Positions 30,701-38,576 of a DNA stretch of 64,000 nucleotides are shown here, piece by piece. The DNA comes from Saprospirales bacterium. Lineage in GTDB: Bacteria > Bacteroidota > Bacteroidia > Chitinophagales > Saprospiraceae. The notes beneath the pieces were generated by a model. It was given only the letters and a program-made list of their open reading frames with translations. It was not told the DNA's origin and searched no databases. Location: positions 5,488 through 69,487 of the forward strand of contig JANNMS010000263.1 in assembly GCA_031398055.1 (NCBI GenBank), given 5' to 3'. The position numbers and the translations under genes were made by a program. Position 1 is the first letter of the stretch; every line of letters begins with the position of its first letter.

Positions 30701-31300
30701 GTTCAAGATGCGCTCGGCTGCGAAGATTTGGACACCACGCGCCTCGCCGCGCCACCACTTTTGACCCTCGATTTGACTGCCGAAAAAACCCTTGTTTTGG
30801 GTGAAACCTATCAAATTTTGGCAAATTCCAATGTTTTTCAGGCAAATTTGGCCTCCATCGTTTGGACACCGACGGCGGGTTTGAGTTGTTCAAATTGCCT
30901 CGAACCGCTCGCCCAGCCCACCAAAACGACCCGTTTTAAAATTGAAATTGAAGACCTCGCGGGCTGCCGTGCTGCGGATGAAATTTTGTTGAAAGTGGTG
31001 CGCGGCCATGTTTTTGTGCCCAATGTTTTCAATCCGAACAGCGGTTTGGGCAATGAAAAATTGACCGTTTTTGCCGACCCGCGCAGCGTGAAAAAAGTAA
31101 AATCGCTGCTGGTTTTTGACCGCTGGGGCGAGCGCGTTTTTGAAAATTTTGATTTTCAACCGAATGACCAGGCGGCGGGTTGGGATGGGAAATTTCTGGG
31201 AAAAAATCTTGCGCCAGCCGTGTTTGTTTGGGTGGCGGAGGTGGAATTTTTTGATGGGGAAATTGAGATTTTGAGTGGGGACGTGCTTTTGCGACGATGA
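24704..31300 (+). CDS. Giant cell-surface protein (2198 aa) with ~15 SprB-type repeats and a gliding-motility-associated (type-B T9SS) C-terminal domain
   Basis: Signal peptide. Repeats follow C-x-x-x-NG-x-I...F-x-WSNG...L-x-AGNY-x-V-T-V-x-D-x-x-GC. C-terminus VFVPNVFNPNS...LLVFDRWGERVFE...GWDGKF. Confidence 0.9.
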   Translation: MKKSFLHFLVVAQFISPILLFGQCPPPGMPVAGGTCLTAPLICENLDGYCATISSTNNPVAFPGCAGSNLNNDDWLAFIAGSTQISIQISPSNCVLMPPFMGLQGAIYSSCSNQTANVLDVQCPCSTVPFILESANFVVGQTYFLVLDGCISNVCDFSIDIISGSTGAAAPPNPGNISGPNSVCENSTSIFSLAAVPNASNYSWTLTPAIGDLDPENSPNPTTNITWTSTGTTQLCVTASNNCQSNPTQSCKTITVNPSPTAEMSGGGLLCDSNPPAVPVEIEFSGNAPWTFIYSKNNVNQSAITTSSNPYILQITMPGDFELISVTSGGCPGTVSGSAIVSGSDFDISGMTENSTCGLENGSINLSISGGSPDFIFYWSNGENIEDLDELLPGNFSVTVFDDNGCSATENFTVGNTFVNINISGNTSPNTFCGSTGNGSIETNISPADPNFQFDWSNGENTQNIADLLPGNYQITVILGSTCSETANFTVAEEPDLPEIDATTNPTICNLENGNIEISISGGVAPFNFDWSNGSFFQNQTDLAAGNYTVTVSGSDDCTAELSIFLENENPEITIFESIEPNTNCLAGNGSISIFLDPVDSPTGQPYQIFWSNGDTGFSIFDLPAGDFSVSINDAGCTAEANFLVENETTSPLFQVFSEPEICGASNGSIEIEIVDGLAPFDFEWSNGSFLQNQNSLAAGNYILTATDFGGCTATLEVEILNESVPPTATAVPTAEICGQNNGAINLTATTSNLPMTFLWSNNAVSEDLSGLPAGNFTATVTDFLGCSTTVSATVGSTDFLINISATTSPNTSCATPNGSIFVNTSPQNPPFGNYNFAWSSGETTQNLTNLAAGNYILTVSAGGNCTATDTFSVANQAVFPEISENISPTICNDSSGAIDLTISPAALSPCIFSWSNNSKTEDLTNLTAGNYTVTVTAANGCTVSKTENVPNNSSNFQISGTATPVVRCDSPNGSVVLTVSPPSGNYVFLWSNGATTPDLSGLSPGNFSVVVNISGSVSCPAAANFSVLDNRVLPSLSQNILPTTCGEANGNINLTVGGGQFPYLFDWSNGEKTQNLDSLVAGNYAVSVSDANGCSASATVNLPDNPTDFDIISKVKPNNFCPASGGTNGEIDLILSPPGNFSFAWSNNFPNLDQQNLPAGNYSITVTLGQHCTKTADFLIENQQILPEISGKISPDICNGGVGNIDLTTVGVAPLSFFWSNGAATEDLTNLFSGNFSVTATAANGCTATQNFSVRNNSNTFTFNGLATENTSCTSPNGTVFLTLNPSQPASGNYIFLWSNGATTQNLGNLPPGNFSVTISDGGTCSAAANFLVENKTPAPKISGTATDVKCFGEKTGAINFSISDGQPPYFLDWSPAVADPNSPQNLPAGNYNLTATDAVGCFSTANFSVAEPTAALDFQCQKISDVSIPGTADGGAQLFFDGGTMPYFFDWSPGGGQPSAVSGDVFDLNNLPAGNFSATATDANGCTATCDFQISTTTSNCQTAVGTMDILAKRICGNGCFSATYNPTGQILDADDGLQFILHTGSGTQILGEIARADQPNFCFDSSKMDFGITYFVSAVAGNLDAAGQVDLSEKCTVVAPGTPILFLKIPTATIAPHSDLNCFFKKISLAGSSDLPGASFSWSAENGGQISSLTNFPNILATAAGDFQLIISVNGCADTTTTSVADFSNLISAAILADPAAVLDCKIKTVNLSAEVSGSQNLEINWLANGTQFSQNQQITVEAAGIFSLVALDTLTFCSDTASLEILENEKYPPLVVAPVLPLTCADSIVILQGSSPIQNIDFQWFQLVGADTILVKNGATAAVKFPGKYLFFGRDKTNGCTNFTSQTVLADLQKPIADAGNSFILDCFSPTQFLDGSNSASGGGILQYFWTTFDGNFVAGNTSSKPEINHAGTYSLTVTDAKNGCTDTDEIAIFSNAPTLETVVVQPKCFGEKGSLDLSKTTGGTPPFRFSADGGSTFSDQKIYQNLADGDYFLVVQDALGCEDLDTTRLAAPPLLTLDLTAEKTLVLGETYQILANSNVFQANLASIVWTPTAGLSCSNCLEPLAQPTKTTRFKIEIEDLAGCRAADEILLKVVRGHVFVPNVFNPNSGLGNEKLTVFADPRSVKKVKSLLVFDRWGERVFENFDFQPNDQAAGWDGKFLGKNLAPAVFVWVAEVEFFDGEIEILSGDVLLRR
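25740..29200 (+). repeat. In-frame tandem array of ~75-80-aa SprB repeats in which two subtypes alternate
   Basis: 15 occurrences of the [FL]xWS[NSP] motif at regular spacing. 'SPNTxC..NGSI' units alternate with 'ICxxxNGxI..GGxxPFxF' units. Confidence 0.85.
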
Positions 31301-31328
31301 TCGAAAGACTCCGCGACACGAAAAAACC

Positions 31329-32735
31329 CTATTTCAAAATCCCCAACGACCAGTCCACCGCTACCCGTGCTTTTTGGTACTCTCCGAGCAATTTTGCGAG
31401 TTTTAGGTTGGCTTCCAACAGTTTTTGCTCGCGGGAATTGATCAAAAAAACAGTGCTTTCTCCGATCGAAAATTTCTCCTGCTCGCCTTCCAGCATCCTT
31501 CGGTAATTTTCGGTGATGCTTTGAAAAAGTGCAATTTGCTCCGCCAAAGTATTCAAATCATTGGCATAGCCACGCAGTTTGTTTTCCAATTCCCGCGTTT
31601 TTTGATCGAGTGCGGCGGCGGTTGCAGCGATTTTGATCTGCGTTTTTTGCAAATCCCCGCGTGCTTTCCGATTGGGAATGGGGTATGAAAAATGTGCCCC
31701 GAATTTGACGTTGTTTACAAAAACATCCTCAAAACCCTCGTTTCCAGGAAAAAACGACCAGCCAGATGCCAAAAAATTGTACGAAAAATTGAGTTCAGGT
31801 TTTCGGTTTTCATTTTTCAAACGGCGTTCGATTTCCAAAATTTCCAATTTCAAAAATGAAGCGCGAACCGCCGGATGGGTTCCGCGCACCTGTTGGTTGA
31901 AATTTGTCAAAACCGTCTCGTCCATTATTTTCAAATCCAAAATCGGCAGCGGCGGCGCGGTCTGCAAATCCTTAAAATTGGTGGCATCGGGCGGAGTTTG
32001 CCACAAAAAGTTGTTCAACAAAATTGCGGCTTCCCGTGCCTCCTGTTGCTTTTCGACAAGTTCAAATTGCCGGGTCTGCACCAAAATAAAGGCTTCCAGA
32101 GTATCGATCGCCGATTTGTCGCCCTGCTTAAAATTTTCGCGCAAGCCTACAAATCTGACCTGCGCCCGATCGAGCGATTGCTCCAAAATTCTGACCTGTT
32201 CGCGTGCCACGACCCACGACCAGTACGATTTCGCAGCTGCAAAAAACAGATCGTTCAAAGCCACAAGTCGTTCGTTTTCAGCCAGTTGGATGCCTTTTTT
32301 CGCCTGAAAAAGGGTTGCACGTCGGTCGTCCAAAATCAGCCCACGACCGACCGTCCAATCCAAACCAGCGATGGCCTGCCCGGCTGCGGGCAGTGTTTTT
32401 TCCGGATCCAAAAAATTGCCAGATGCCGTGGAAAAGCCCGTTTTTAACTCCAAACCGTACCAAGTTGGCAATTTTACGCCATACTCCCCGATGGAAAAAT
32501 AGGTTTTGTCCTTAAAGATTTTGCTGTCGTAGTCGCCAAAAAGTTTCATATCAAAGCCGCCCTGTGATTTCAAAAGCTCAGCACGGGCAGCATCTGCAAA
32601 CAAATTGGCCTGTATTGTCGCCGGGTGATTTTGGCGCAGCGTGGCAAAAACATATTCCAGAAAGAGGGGCGTTTGGGCATCCATTTTTGTCAAAAATACA
32701 AAAAAGAAAAACCATCCGAAAATTCTATTTGGCAT
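31329..32735 (-). CDS. TolC-family outer-membrane efflux protein
   Basis: Signal peptide, two-repeat coiled-coil/beta architecture, and operon position after HlyD. Confidence 0.8.
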   Translation of the reverse strand: MPNRIFGWFFFFVFLTKMDAQTPLFLEYVFATLRQNHPATIQANLFADAARAELLKSQGGFDMKLFGDYDSKIFKDKTYFSIGEYGVKLPTWYGLELKTGFSTASGNFLDPEKTLPAAGQAIAGLDWTVGRGLILDDRRATLFQAKKGIQLAENERLVALNDLFFAAAKSYWSWVVAREQVRILEQSLDRAQVRFVGLRENFKQGDKSAIDTLEAFILVQTRQFELVEKQQEAREAAILLNNFLWQTPPDATNFKDLQTAPPLPILDLKIMDETVLTNFNQQVRGTHPAVRASFLKLEILEIERRLKNENRKPELNFSYNFLASGWSFFPGNEGFEDVFVNNVKFGAHFSYPIPNRKARGDLQKTQIKIAATAAALDQKTRELENKLRGYANDLNTLAEQIALFQSITENYRRMLEGEQEKFSIGESTVFLINSREQKLLEANLKLAKLLGEYQKARVAVDWSLGILK

Positions 32736-34197
32736 TTTTTAAAGGCATTTTTGGTTTGTCCACACTTTCTTTTCCACCTGTTTTTTCACTTTTAGATTTG
32801 TCTTTTTTGTCAGCATTGGTGGGCGCGAGGGGTAAGTTCTGGTAAAAATCGGGCGGGAAACCGTTCAGCGAACGCCATAATTCGTACCAAACCGGCACGT
32901 TTTTGAGCAATGCGATCCCTTTTGCACCGCCACCGACCCGGAGTTCGTCCGGCCATTTTTCCTGCGAAGGGTCGGGAGAAACGAGCACCCGAAACTTGCC
33001 ATTTGCACTGATATTCCTGTCAATGGCGGCCACACGGCCCGAAAAAGTGCCAAAAGATTGGTTCGGCCAGCCCGAAAAAAAGAAGGCTGGCCAGCCATCG
33101 AACAAAAAACGCACCTCTTGCCCGACCAAAACCAGCGGCAGATCCATCGGTTTGACAAAAATTTCGACCGCCAAATCCACGCCTGCCGGCAAAATGCTCA
33201 CCACCGGGTCGCCTTCTTTCAAAATCTCGCCGAGGCCGGGCTGTATTGCCTGCACCACAAAACCGTCCTGCGGCGCGGTGATGTAATAAAAAGTGGCACG
33301 GCGGGTATAGTTTTCTTGATCAATTTTCAGTTTTCCAACGGTCGCCGTGGCATCAAATTGGTCGGAAATCGTGCTGAACTTTTCGGATTGGGCTTTGGCA
33401 ATTTTGTTGGCAAACTCGTTTTTGGTCAGTGTCAGTTCGACTTTTGCATTTTCGAGTTCCGAGCGGCTGATGTTCAGTTTGTTTTCCGCGCTGGCCGTTT
33501 TGGCGTTTGTTTCCTGCAATTTCAGTTTTTTTTCTTCCAATTCGGTCAAGGATTTTAGGCCTTTTTCGTGCAGGTTTTTGGTGCCTTCCAACTGCCTTTC
33601 GGCCACTTTTTTGTCCAAAATTGCCCGTTCGAGGTCGGCGCGGTCGCTGGCGATTTTAAGTTCGGCTTGCTGGATTTTGTTCCGAATTTGGTCGGTTTTG
33701 CTCACCAATTCGGCCTGCATGGCTGTTATTTGATTTTCGAGTGCCGCTACTTTTTGGGAGTAGGCGGCGATGGACTGTGTTTTTGCGGCAACTTGCTCGC
33801 CTGTCCGACCGACCAAATTTGGGTCAAAATAATCGGTTTTGACCTCCGACAAAAACACGATGGTGTCCCCTTTTTGCACCCGCTGCCCCTCGGCAACGTA
33901 CCATTTTTCGATGCGCCCGGCAATGGTGGCGTGGATGGTCTGCGGTCGGTGGGCAGGTTGGAGGGTCGTCAATCGTCCATCGGCGCGGATACTTTGCGTC
34001 CACGGCAGGAACAAAAAAACCAAAAACAGCCCCGAAAAAATGAGCAGGACTTTTTTGAAAGAAAAATGATACTGCCCCAGCTGCAACCGCTTGTAGGATT
34101 GCAAATTTTGGGTGCCGACCATGGATCGGATATTGTTGTCTGAAAGGTTGAGCATGTATTTGAGTTTTATTCTTCGGGTTGGGTTTTTAGGACCCAT
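32725..34197 (-). CDS. HlyD-family membrane-fusion (periplasmic adaptor) protein
   Basis: One N-terminal TM, a long coiled coil, and a C-terminal beta-barrel region. The alternative start MLNLS at 34155 would remove the 31-nt overlap with the ABC gene. Confidence 0.85.
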   Translation of the reverse strand: MGPKNPTRRIKLKYMLNLSDNNIRSMVGTQNLQSYKRLQLGQYHFSFKKVLLIFSGLFLVFLFLPWTQSIRADGRLTTLQPAHRPQTIHATIAGRIEKWYVAEGQRVQKGDTIVFLSEVKTDYFDPNLVGRTGEQVAAKTQSIAAYSQKVAALENQITAMQAELVSKTDQIRNKIQQAELKIASDRADLERAILDKKVAERQLEGTKNLHEKGLKSLTELEEKKLKLQETNAKTASAENKLNISRSELENAKVELTLTKNEFANKIAKAQSEKFSTISDQFDATATVGKLKIDQENYTRRATFYYITAPQDGFVVQAIQPGLGEILKEGDPVVSILPAGVDLAVEIFVKPMDLPLVLVGQEVRFLFDGWPAFFFSGWPNQSFGTFSGRVAAIDRNISANGKFRVLVSPDPSQEKWPDELRVGGGAKGIALLKNVPVWYELWRSLNGFPPDFYQNLPLAPTNADKKDKSKSEKTGGKESVDKPKMPLKNAK

Positions 34198-35912
34198 TCG
34201 AAATGCGGTGTTTTTCGTATCTCCGAAAATGCGCCGGAAGCCACGATTTCACCGTTTTTCAGCACCAAAACTCGGTCGCAAAGTGCTGCCAGCATGGGGT
34301 CGTCGGTGGAAACAAGCACCGTCCACGCATTTTTTGGGTCGGTCAATAATTTGCTGATTTTCAATCGTTCGCGGGCATTGAGTTTCTGGAGCGGATCTTC
34401 CAAAACCAAAAACGATGGCGTGCTAACGATTGCCCGCGCCAACAAAATTTTGGCCACCACGCTGCCGGGCAGGTTTTTTCCACCGGGCAAAAGTTCAAAA
34501 TTGAGCCCCTGCGACTCGTTTTGAAAAAAAACAGAAAGGCCAACGCCATCGCAGATTTCCATGGTTTTTGCAAGCGGGATATCGCGCCCGAGCAGGATGT
34601 TTTCGAGCAACGTGCCTTTGAAAATATCTTCTTGGCTCGAAATGTCGCCGATGTTTTCGCGCAAAATATTGATATCCAGACTTTTAACAGGCAAATTGTT
34701 AAAAAGGAGGTTGCCCGTAAATTCCTGAATCAACCCAGAATTTATCTGCATCAAAGTACTTCTGCCAGAGGAATTGTACCCGACGAGCGCGATTTTTTCG
34801 CCTGCTTCGATTTTAAAATCCAAGTTTTTCAACGTTGGTTGGTCGCGGTCGTCAAATTGATGGCTGAGGTTGCGCCACTCGACTGTGAGTTTTTTGTCCG
34901 AGCAAATTTCCTTTAAATCAATGCCTTCAGATTTTTCGAGCGACAAATCAGTGAATTGTCCGATTTTTTCGGTCGAAGTCAGCACATCGTACACCGTACT
35001 GTTTAATAAAATGATTTTTTCCAGCGAATCGGCCACGAAAATGACCAAAATTTCGGCAGCGACGAATTGCCCCAAATTCAAACTGTTTTCCATGACCAAA
35101 ATCCCGCCCGCCACCAAAAAACCGCCAATCACAGCAACGCGCAAAAAAAGACTGGAAAAAAACTGAAATACCAGTACCCGGAAATGTTTTTTCCGGGCGT
35201 CGAGGTACCCGACCAGCAGTTCGTCGGTGCGCCGGACGGGGGTTTCGTGCTGCCCCGCCAGTTTAAAAGTGGCTGCCACACGGCCCACTTCTTCGAGCCA
35301 AAACGCGATTTTGTACTTATATTTCGATTCTTTTAAGCTAGATTCGAGGCCGGGCAAGAAACTCGACCATAAAATCAGCCCCAAAAACACCAGGACGATC
35401 ACCGAAAACGTCAAAAACACAGTGTGGTAAAAAGATAAAACCACGAGGCTGATGAGCATTTGCAAAATGGCTGCGCTGCCGTCGATCACGATTTTTGGCA
35501 GGCCTTTTTGAATGGTCAAGGTGTCGAAAAAACGGTTCACAAGTTCTGGGAGGTGCTCTTTTCTAAGTTTTTCGAGCTGTAGGTGGGGGATCCGAACAGC
35601 AAATTCGAGGGCAGAATCGGTCATCAACTGGCGTTGCAGGTGCTCGGTGGCCGAAATCTGCAGGTATTTTAAAATGCCAATAAAAATTAGCCCAAAAACA
35701 ATGGCCAAAACCAGCACGGCCCACGAAGCAGATATGCTGCCCCCTGCAATCTGACCCAAAATTGCCTGGATGCCGAGCGGCAAAGTCAGGTTCAGAAGGC
35801 CAATAAAAACGGCGTAAAACAAAACCAGATTCAGCGTCCGGCGGTGCAAATGGGTCAGCCGAAAAAGCCTTTGCAGCGGGGTTGGCGCGTTTTTTTGTGG
35901 TTTTTCCATCAA
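34167..35912 (-). CDS. ABC exporter-type protein (TMD-NBD fusion, HlyB-like without a C39 peptidase domain) with degenerate ATPase motifs
   Basis: Six-TM type-I exporter region. NBD motifs read Walker A GYNSSGRST, signature LPGGKNLPG, Walker B FLVLEDP, and H-loop position VSTDDP. Confidence 0.8.
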   Translation of the reverse strand: MMEKPQKNAPTPLQRLFRLTHLHRRTLNLVLFYAVFIGLLNLTLPLGIQAILGQIAGGSISASWAVLVLAIVFGLIFIGILKYLQISATEHLQRQLMTDSALEFAVRIPHLQLEKLRKEHLPELVNRFFDTLTIQKGLPKIVIDGSAAILQMLISLVVLSFYHTVFLTFSVIVLVFLGLILWSSFLPGLESSLKESKYKYKIAFWLEEVGRVAATFKLAGQHETPVRRTDELLVGYLDARKKHFRVLVFQFFSSLFLRVAVIGGFLVAGGILVMENSLNLGQFVAAEILVIFVADSLEKIILLNSTVYDVLTSTEKIGQFTDLSLEKSEGIDLKEICSDKKLTVEWRNLSHQFDDRDQPTLKNLDFKIEAGEKIALVGYNSSGRSTLMQINSGLIQEFTGNLLFNNLPVKSLDINILRENIGDISSQEDIFKGTLLENILLGRDIPLAKTMEICDGVGLSVFFQNESQGLNFELLPGGKNLPGSVVAKILLARAIVSTPSFLVLEDPLQKLNARERLKISKLLTDPKNAWTVLVSTDDPMLAALCDRVLVLKNGEIVASGAFSEIRKTPHFEWVLKTQPEE

Positions 35913-35983
35913 ATTTTAGGTAAGTAAATCATGGATAAAAGCGTTTTTGCCCAAGTTTGGTTTAAAATATGGGCCGATTTTTT

Positions 35984-36760
35984 TCAATTTTGAAAACCGA
36001 GAATATTTTGAACAAAAGTTTTTATCGAAACTCCATCTTCCAACGCCCGAATAAACGCGCTGCCAACAATTCCACCCGCCAAATGCCGCGAAGCAATCTC
36101 AAAATTTTCCGCCCCCGCAATCCCAAAACCGACCAAAACTGGGTTTTTCAAATGCATTTCGGCCAGTTTTTGAAAATATTTTTCCTGCGTTTCATCAAAA
36201 ACGCCCGCTTTTCCAGTCGTCGAAGCCGTTGAAACAGCGTACAAAAAACCGCCGCTCGCCGCGTCGAGTTGCCGAATCCGCGCCTCCGAAGTTTGTGGCG
36301 TGACCAAAAAAACGAGGTGCAGGCCATATTTTTCCAACGTTTTTTGGTGAAAATTTTCAAATTCCCAGAGCGGCAAATCGGGCAAAATCAATCCGTCCAC
36401 GCCAATTTCTTGGCATTTTTTGCAAAAATTTTCAAAACCAAACTGCAAAACAGGGTTCAGATAACCCATCAAAATGACGGGCAACTCGGTTTCCGAACGC
36501 ATATTTTCCAACTGCCGAAAAAGCAAATCGAGCGACATCCCATTTTCCAAAGCCCGGTGGCTCGATGCCTGAATCGTTTGGCCGTCGGCGAGCGGATCAG
36601 AAAATGGCATTCCGATTTCCACCAAATCGGCTCCGGCTGCGTCCAATTCGAGTAAAATTCGGCGGGTGTCGTCCAAATTTGGATGTCCGGCGGTGAAAAA
36701 AACGGACAAAACTTGGCTGCGTTTTTTTTCGAATAATTTATCTAACCTGTTCATTTTCAA
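35984..36760 (-). CDS. trpA: Tryptophan synthase alpha subunit
   Basis: LVEIGMPFSDPLADGQTIQ and ...GFGI... Confidence 0.95.
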   Translation of the reverse strand: MKMNRLDKLFEKKRSQVLSVFFTAGHPNLDDTRRILLELDAAGADLVEIGMPFSDPLADGQTIQASSHRALENGMSLDLLFRQLENMRSETELPVILMGYLNPVLQFGFENFCKKCQEIGVDGLILPDLPLWEFENFHQKTLEKYGLHLVFLVTPQTSEARIRQLDAASGGFLYAVSTASTTGKAGVFDETQEKYFQKLAEMHLKNPVLVGFGIAGAENFEIASRHLAGGIVGSAFIRALEDGVSIKTFVQNILGFQN

Positions 36761-36764
36761 TTAT

Positions 36765-38576
36765 TTAAAGGTTTTCGGCATTCATGTAAGTCTGCAAATC
36801 CTTGTCCCCGCGCCCCGACAAACAAATCACGACGACCTCGTTTTTCAAAAAAGAAACCTGTTCCAAAAGTGAAACCGCGTGCGCCGATTCGAGTGCCGGA
36901 ATGATGCCTTCGAGCCTCGCCAAAAGTTGCGCCGCAGCCAAAGCCTCGGCATCGGAGACCGGCAAATACGTCGCCCGACCCGTCGCCGCAAGGTGCGAAT
37001 GCAGCGGCCCGACGCCCGGATAATCCAAACCTGCCGAAATTGAATGCGGCTCAACTATTTGACCGTCAGCGGTTTGTATCAAATAAGAGAGGCTGCCGTG
37101 CAAAATTCCGGGGCGACCGAGGGCGATGGTGGCTGCCGTTTTTCCAGTCGTCACGCCATGTCCTGCGGCTTCGGCGGCCAATAATCTGACCGATTTTTTT
37201 TTCAAAAAATGGTAAAACGCGCCCGCCGCGTTCGAGCCGCCGCCGACGCAGGCAAGCACGGCATCGGGCAGTTTTTGGCCGGTTTGCTGCGGGATTTGCC
37301 ACAAAAGTTCTTCGGAAATCACCGATTGCAGCCGCGAAACGAGGTCAGGATACGGGTGCGGCCCGACGACCGAACCGATAATATAATGTGTGTCGGTCGG
37401 GTTCGAAATCCAGTCGCGGATAGCCTCGTTCGTCGCGTCCTTCAAAGTCGCGCTGCCGGAAGTGGCCGGAATGACCGTCGCGCCGAGCATTTTCATGCGC
37501 GCCACGTTCGGGGCTTGCCGCGCGATGTCCACCGAACCCATGTAAATCACGCATTTCAAACCCATCAAAGCACAAACGGTGGCCGTCGCAACGCCGTGCT
37601 GCCCGGCCCCGGTTTCGGCGATGATCCGGGTTTTTCCCAGTTTTTGAGCGAGCAAAATTTGGCCGACGGTGTTGTTGATTTTGTGCGCACCGGTGTGGCA
37701 GAGGTCTTCTCTTTTTAAAAAAATGCGCGTATTGTATTTGTTTGAAAGCCGTTTTGCCTCAAAAAGCGGAGTCGGGCGACCGACGTAATTTTTCAAAAGG
37801 TCTCGAAATTCAGTCTGAAATTCTTGGCTTCCCAAAATTTCGAGGTAGCAATTTTGAAGTTCCTCGACGTTGGCCTGCAACATTTCGGGGACGAACGCGC
37901 CGCCGAAATTTCCAAAATAGCCCTGCTCGTTGACCTGAAAATTTTTGGCCGTCGCGCCTGCCCGGATTTGCTGGCGAAAACGGGCGACTTCGCCCACATT
38001 TTTCAGGCCGGGCGCGGTCTCGAAACACGAATTGATGTCCACGCCCGCGAGTTTCGGATGTGAAATTTTTACAATTTTTTCGGCATCGTCGGCTGCGATT
38101 CCGCCGGACAAAAAGAAGGGCGTTTCGCCCCGGTATTTTTTCAAAATTGACCAATCAAACGGCATCCCGTTGCCGCCGGGTGCGTCGCCTTTTGTGTCAA
38201 AAAGGAAAAAATCAGCGACGTTTTCGTAGATTTTTGTTTTTGAAAAATCAAAATCCGAACCGACTGAAAATGCCTTGATGACTTGCAAACCACTGTTTTT
38301 CAACAATTTACAATCTTCTGGCGATTCGTTGCCGTGCAATTGAATGGCGTCCAAACCATATTTTTCGGCAGTCGCCAAAATTTGCGCGGGTTGTTCGTCC
38401 ACGAAAACGCCGACCTTTTTTGCACCTGAAATTTTTCGGGAAAAACCTTCGTCCAGCACGTCGCCAGCATGCCGTTTTGAGTTTTTGTAAAAAATAAAAC
38501 CCACGAAATCGGGCTGCAATTCGAGCAAGCGTTCGATGTTTTTGGGGTCGCGGAGGCCGCAGATTTTTAGTTTCAT
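36765..38576 (-). CDS. trpB: Fusion of phosphoribosylanthranilate isomerase (TrpF, N-terminal ~205 aa) with tryptophan synthase beta subunit (TrpB)
   Basis: The N-terminus MKLKICGLRDPKNI...VGFIF is TrpF. From ~aa 215, GYFGNFGGAFVPE, HTGAHKINN and GGGSNAAG are TrpB. Confidence 0.9.
   Translation of the reverse strand: MKLKICGLRDPKNIERLLELQPDFVGFIFYKNSKRHAGDVLDEGFSRKISGAKKVGVFVDEQPAQILATAEKYGLDAIQLHGNESPEDCKLLKNSGLQVIKAFSVGSDFDFSKTKIYENVADFFLFDTKGDAPGGNGMPFDWSILKKYRGETPFFLSGGIAADDAEKIVKISHPKLAGVDINSCFETAPGLKNVGEVARFRQQIRAGATAKNFQVNEQGYFGNFGGAFVPEMLQANVEELQNCYLEILGSQEFQTEFRDLLKNYVGRPTPLFEAKRLSNKYNTRIFLKREDLCHTGAHKINNTVGQILLAQKLGKTRIIAETGAGQHGVATATVCALMGLKCVIYMGSVDIARQAPNVARMKMLGATVIPATSGSATLKDATNEAIRDWISNPTDTHYIIGSVVGPHPYPDLVSRLQSVISEELLWQIPQQTGQKLPDAVLACVGGGSNAAGAFYHFLKKKSVRLLAAEAAGHGVTTGKTAATIALGRPGILHGSLSYLIQTADGQIVEPHSISAGLDYPGVGPLHSHLAATGRATYLPVSDAEALAAAQLLARLEGIIPALESAHAVSLLEQVSFLKNEVVVICLSGRGDKDLQTYMNAENL

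Noticed and set aside
24925-31319. Dozens of 60-180-aa ORFs in other frames and on the other strand within the giant adhesin gene
   Set aside because: They are explained by the repetitive, compositionally biased SprB-repeat DNA, which keeps alternative frames open. None has a signal, a motif or an independent start context.
37375-37400. T-loop-like GGTTCGAAATCC string, a possible tRNA
   Set aside because: It lies inside the TrpB coding region. No acceptor, D or anticodon arms can be drawn around it. I found no tRNA or rRNA anywhere in the window.
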